A DNA stretch of 64,000 nucleotides from Spirulina sp. (lineage in GTDB: Bacteria; Cyanobacteriota; Cyanobacteriia; Phormidesmidales; Phormidesmidaceae): contig JBIPSI010000028.1 in assembly GCA_044070495.1 (NCBI GenBank), positions 1 to 64,000 of the forward strand. Direction: 5' to 3'. The notes beneath the pieces are model-generated. The model was not told the origin of the DNA, did not search any database, and was given only the letters and a program-made list of their open reading frames with translations. How positions within the stretch are numbered: position 1 is the stretch's first letter; each line of letters opens with the position of its first letter. Positions 60,431 to 64,000 of this stretch are shown here, one piece after another. Made by a program: the position numbers and the translations under genes.

Positions 60431-62740
60431 ATGCCCCCCTCCGAACCCGCGATCACCACCACATCCCCCAAAGCCTCCGGCCTAGGCACCTTTGGCGGGG
60501 TTTACACTCCCTCCATCCTGACTATTTTGGGGGTGATTATGTACCTCCGGTTTGGCTGGGTGGTGGGTAATGTGGGCCTATGGGGGGCGCTGGCGATTGT
60601 GACGCTGGCCGTTAGCATTACCTTTCTAACGTCGTTGTCCATCAGCGCCATTGCTACGGATCGGATCGTGCGGGTGGGCGGGGCCTACTACATGATCAGC
60701 CGATCCCTCGGCATTGAAACGGGCGGCGCGGTGGGTATTCCCCTTTACTTTGCCCAGGCGCTTTCGGTGGCGCTCTACACCATTGGCTTTGCTGAAAGTG
60801 TGGTTGCCGCCTTTGGCCAGTTCAACCAAACCTATGTGGCGCTGATTGTGACCATTTTGGTGGCGGCCCTGGCCCTCACTTCGGCCCAGGTGGCGATTCG
60901 AGCCCAGTATGGGATCATGGCACTGATTGTGTTGTCGCTGCTGTCCTTGGCGTTGGGGTCGCCCCTGGAGGGGACGGAGGCCGTGCTCTGGCGGGTGACG
61001 GAGGGGGAGTCGTTTTGGCAGGTGTTTGCGGTGTTTTTCCCGGCGGTCACGGGGATTATGGCCGGGGTAAATATGTCGGGGGATTTGAAGGAGCCGACGC
61101 GATCCATTCCCCTGGGTACCCTGGCGGCGGTGGGCACCAGCTATGTCATCTATATGGTGCTGCCAATTGTGTTGGCCATGCGGGCCGATGCCGCCACCCT
61201 GATCGACGACCCCCTGGTGATGCAGCAAATAGCGCTGTGGGGGCCAGCGATTTTGCTGGGCATTTGGGGGGCCACCCTCTCCAGTGCCATTGGCAGTATT
61301 CTCGGTGCGCCCCGGATTTTACAGGCCCTAGCGCGGGACGGGGTGTTGCCAAGCTGGCTGAACTTTTTGGGCCAGGGCAGCGGGCCGAATGACGAACCCC
61401 GTCTGGGTACGACGGTCACGTTGGGGGTGGCGGTGGCGGCGGTAACGGTGGGCGATCTCAACCTGATTGCCCCGGTGCTGACCATGTTTTTTTTGACCAC
61501 CTATCTCGTCCTCAACGTGGCGGCGGGGGTGGAAGGCTTTCTGAACAGTCCCTCCTTTCGGCCCATATTTGCGGTGCATTGGTCATTGTCGGCCCTGGGG
61601 GCCTTAGGCTGTCTGGCGGTGATGTTTTTGATTAACCCCGTGGCCACCCTGGTGGCGGGGATAATTGTGGTTGCCACCTTTTTATGGATTCAGCGTCGCG
61701 AACTCCAAAGCACCTGGGGCGATGCCCGTCGCGGCCTTTGGATGATGTTGTTGAGAACCAGCCTGTTTCAGTTAGATCATGCCCCCGATCCCAAAAACTG
61801 GCGACCCAATATGTTGGTGTTGTCGGGGTCACCGATGCGTCGCTGGGGGCTGATTAAGCTGGCCAATGCCCTGAACCACAACCGGGGGCTGTTTACCGTC
61901 ACCAGCATTTTGCCCAGCGGATCGCGTAGCATTCGGCAGCAGCAGGAAATGGAAGTGAGTATCAGCCGCTTTCTGCAAGAACGGGGAGTGCAAGCCTTGG
62001 TGCGGGTGCTCACCGCCCCGGATCCCTTTGAGGGGGTGGAGCGCATGGTGGAAATTTACGGGCTAGGGCCGCTGGTGCCCGATACCGTGCTGCTGGGCGA
62101 TAACGAAACCCTGGCCAACCGAGATCGCTATTGCCACCTGATTACCCAACTCTATCGGTCGGAGCGCAACGTGATCATTTACTGTGATCGCAACGCCAAA
62201 AATCGTGACCCCGAAAACCGCGATGCCGACAATCGTGAATCGGGAGACCCTGCCGCTGAAAGTCGTCCCCCCGAAGCCAGTCTCTTTGGCCAACGGCCCT
62301 ATCGCCAACGGCCCTATCGGCAAATTGACGTGTGGTGGGGCGGCTTGCGGGGCAATGGAGCGCTAATGCTGATTATTGCTGAGCTACTGCGGGACGGCAT
62401 TGAATGGCGCTACGCCGAGATCCATCTCAAACTGGTGGTGCCCAACGAACAGGCCGCCACCACCGTCAGGGCGAACCTGAAGACCCTCGCCCAAGCCCTC
62501 CGCGTCAACGCCGTAGTAACGGTTCTGGTGGCCGAGGGGCGATCCTTTAACGACATCCTGCACCAGTCCTCCCGCCGCGCCGACATGGTGATTATGGGGC
62601 TAGCCGAACCCCAGGACGACTTCTGTGCCTACTACACCGCCGTTCAACAGCGTGTTGCCGATTTGCCCACCACCCTGCTGGTGTTGGCTGCCCCCAACTT
62701 TGCCTTTAACGCCATCCTCGATAAAGAGGTCGCCGCCTAG
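60431..62740 (+). CDS. Cation-chloride cotransporter (SLC12-like) amino-acid-permease family
   Basis: LGTFGGV...ILGVIMYLRFGWVVG, GGAYYMISRSLG, FFPAVTGIMAG.NMSGDL, KNWRP, IDVWW. Confidence 0.88.
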   Translation: MPPSEPAITTTSPKASGLGTFGGVYTPSILTILGVIMYLRFGWVVGNVGLWGALAIVTLAVSITFLTSLSISAIATDRIVRVGGAYYMISRSLGIETGGAVGIPLYFAQALSVALYTIGFAESVVAAFGQFNQTYVALIVTILVAALALTSAQVAIRAQYGIMALIVLSLLSLALGSPLEGTEAVLWRVTEGESFWQVFAVFFPAVTGIMAGVNMSGDLKEPTRSIPLGTLAAVGTSYVIYMVLPIVLAMRADAATLIDDPLVMQQIALWGPAILLGIWGATLSSAIGSILGAPRILQALARDGVLPSWLNFLGQGSGPNDEPRLGTTVTLGVAVAAVTVGDLNLIAPVLTMFFLTTYLVLNVAAGVEGFLNSPSFRPIFAVHWSLSALGALGCLAVMFLINPVATLVAGIIVVATFLWIQRRELQSTWGDARRGLWMMLLRTSLFQLDHAPDPKNWRPNMLVLSGSPMRRWGLIKLANALNHNRGLFTVTSILPSGSRSIRQQQEMEVSISRFLQERGVQALVRVLTAPDPFEGVERMVEIYGLGPLVPDTVLLGDNETLANRDRYCHLITQLYRSERNVIIYCDRNAKNRDPENRDADNRESGDPAAESRPPEASLFGQRPYRQRPYRQIDVWWGGLRGNGALMLIIAELLRDGIEWRYAEIHLKLVVPNEQAATTVRANLKTLAQALRVNAVVTVLVAEGRSFNDILHQSSRRADMVIMGLAEPQDDFCAYYTAVQQRVADLPTTLLVLAAPNFAFNAILDKEVAA

Positions 62741-62950
62741 CCCATGGCATCGTTCCCAGGAGACACGGCTTTTGCCCCAAAACGCTACCGTTTTGCCCCC
62801 GGACTTGGTATAACAGGGGTCTTGCCCGTACCGTACGACGCGGAGCTACCCTAGGTCAAAGACATCCCCTGGCGTTCTACCCTAGGTTAGGGTTGACCTG
62901 TGCCTTCCGGCCTGCACCCTGTACCCCTATCTATACTTTTGAACCAACCC

Positions 62951-63475
62951 ATGACAGACTCCACCAATCCCAAAGTCTTTTTTGATATCACCATTGGCGG
63001 CACCCCCGCTGGCCGCATTGTGATGGAGCTACGGGCCGATGTCGCCCCCAAAACCGCCGAGAACTTCCGAGCCTTGTGCACCGGAGAAAAGGGCATGGGC
63101 ACCTCCGGCAAGCCCCTGCATTTCAAGGGGTCTAGCTTCCACCGCATCATCCCCGAATTTATGTGCCAAGGGGGCGACTTTACCCGTGGCAACGGCACGG
63201 GTGGCGAGTCCATCTATGGCACAAAATTTGCCGATGAAAACTTTACCCTCAAGCACACAAGCCCTGGTCTGCTGAGCATGGCTAACGCTGGCCCCAACAC
63301 CAACGGTTCCCAGTTTTTCCTCACCACCGTGGCCACCCCCTGGCTAGACGGCAAGCACGTGGTCTTCGGCAGCGTGGTGGAAGGCATGGATGTGGTGGAA
63401 ACCATGGAACAGGTGGGCAGCCGCAGCGGCCAAACCTCCCAACCCGTGGTAATTGCCGACTGTGGCGAACTGTAG
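62951..63475 (+). CDS. Cyclophilin-type peptidyl-prolyl isomerase (CypA-like)
   Basis: [57 protein letters not shown]. Confidence 0.95.
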   Translation: MTDSTNPKVFFDITIGGTPAGRIVMELRADVAPKTAENFRALCTGEKGMGTSGKPLHFKGSSFHRIIPEFMCQGGDFTRGNGTGGESIYGTKFADENFTLKHTSPGLLSMANAGPNTNGSQFFLTTVATPWLDGKHVVFGSVVEGMDVVETMEQVGSRSGQTSQPVVIADCGEL

Positions 63476-63535
63476 CGATAGACTCGCTGCCAGGACATTC
63501 CTCCGATAATTTCAGTTAATTTCAGTTGCCAAAGT

Positions 63536-63571
63536 AGAGTCCCTAGGGTGCGATGACACTCCAGGGACTCT
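63536..63571. terminator. Hairpin between convergent genes
   Basis: AGAGTCCCT...AGGGACTCT. Confidence 0.45.
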
Positions 63572-63615
63572 GTCGTACAGGGCGTTTATTTGGGGCTAGA
63601 TGACCGACACGGGGC

Positions 63616-64000
63616 TTACTCCGTATCGTCGTGGGCATAGCGGTGGTAGAGGAAGTCGAGGGCTTCGTTACGGAGTTCGTAGAAGCGGGGGTCTTCCATA
63701 ATGCGGCTGCGGTCGCGGGGGCGGGCGAAGGGCACGGTCATCACTTCGCCAATTTGGGCGGCGGGGCCGTTGGTCATCATTACCACCCGGTCGGCCAAAA
63801 ATAGGGCTTCATCGATGTCGTGGGTGATCATCAACACGGTAATTTTGTGGTCTTGCCAAATTTTGAGTAGCTCCTCCTGAAGCTCCTCGCGGGTGATGGG
63901 GTCGAGGGCACCGAAGGGCTCATCCAAAATCAGCACCTTGGGCCGCAGGGCCAGGGCACGGGCAATGCAGACCCGCTGCTTCATACCGCCGGAGAGGGCA
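63616..64000 (-). CDS. Nitrate/bicarbonate ABC ATP-binding subunit (NrtD/CmpD-like), 3' part only
   Basis: [40 protein letters not shown]. Confidence 0.88.
   Translation of the reverse strand, partial: ALSGGMKQRVCIARALALRPKVLILDEPFGALDPITREELQEELLKIWQDHKITVLMITHDIDEALFLADRVVMMTNGPAAQIGEVMTVPFARPRDRSRIMEDPRFYELRNEALDFLYHRYAHDDTE

Overview
A 64-kb, GC-rich cyanobacterial chromosome segment (cyanobacterial gene families, heptamer tandem repeats, GTAG-type REPs). Bases 1-12.6 kb form an accessory molybdenum region. It starts with a frameshifted integron-integrase remnant and a deaminase remnant, followed by a MITE and an amine oxidase. An AT-rich block then encodes an RHH-TOBE regulator, a catalytically degenerate stand-alone HsdR nuclease domain paired with a luciferase-like monooxygenase, a molybdopterin-oxidoreductase-like protein and Mop. 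It ends with modA-modBC-orf and a divergent XRE-HTH/molybdate-binding regulator. A TACCAA-N5-TTGGTA palindrome recurs in three intergenic regions of this block. The middle is mostly core genome: rhomboid, YbjN, diguanylate cyclase, mscL, pcrA, Ycf46-like ATPase, recA, Slr0320-like radical SAM, Zur-boxed ZnuA, porin and FutB. A defence-like patch at 35-40.7 kb holds three toxin-antitoxin loci (two with broken toxins) and an nSTAND1-WD40 NLR-like gene with a short N-terminal amyloid-like motif. After it come HlyD/HlyB, a cyanobacteriochrome hybrid kinase with a REC-PAS-GGDEF-EAL partner, and hypF-hypC-[PIN TA]-hypD. The window closes with an orphan HerA whose 3' end is duplicated around a pspA-pstS-like pair, a cation-chloride cotransporter, a cyclophilin and a partial NrtD/CmpD. 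No rRNA, tRNA or CRISPR array was seen. All family calls come from motif recognition by eye, not from database searches.
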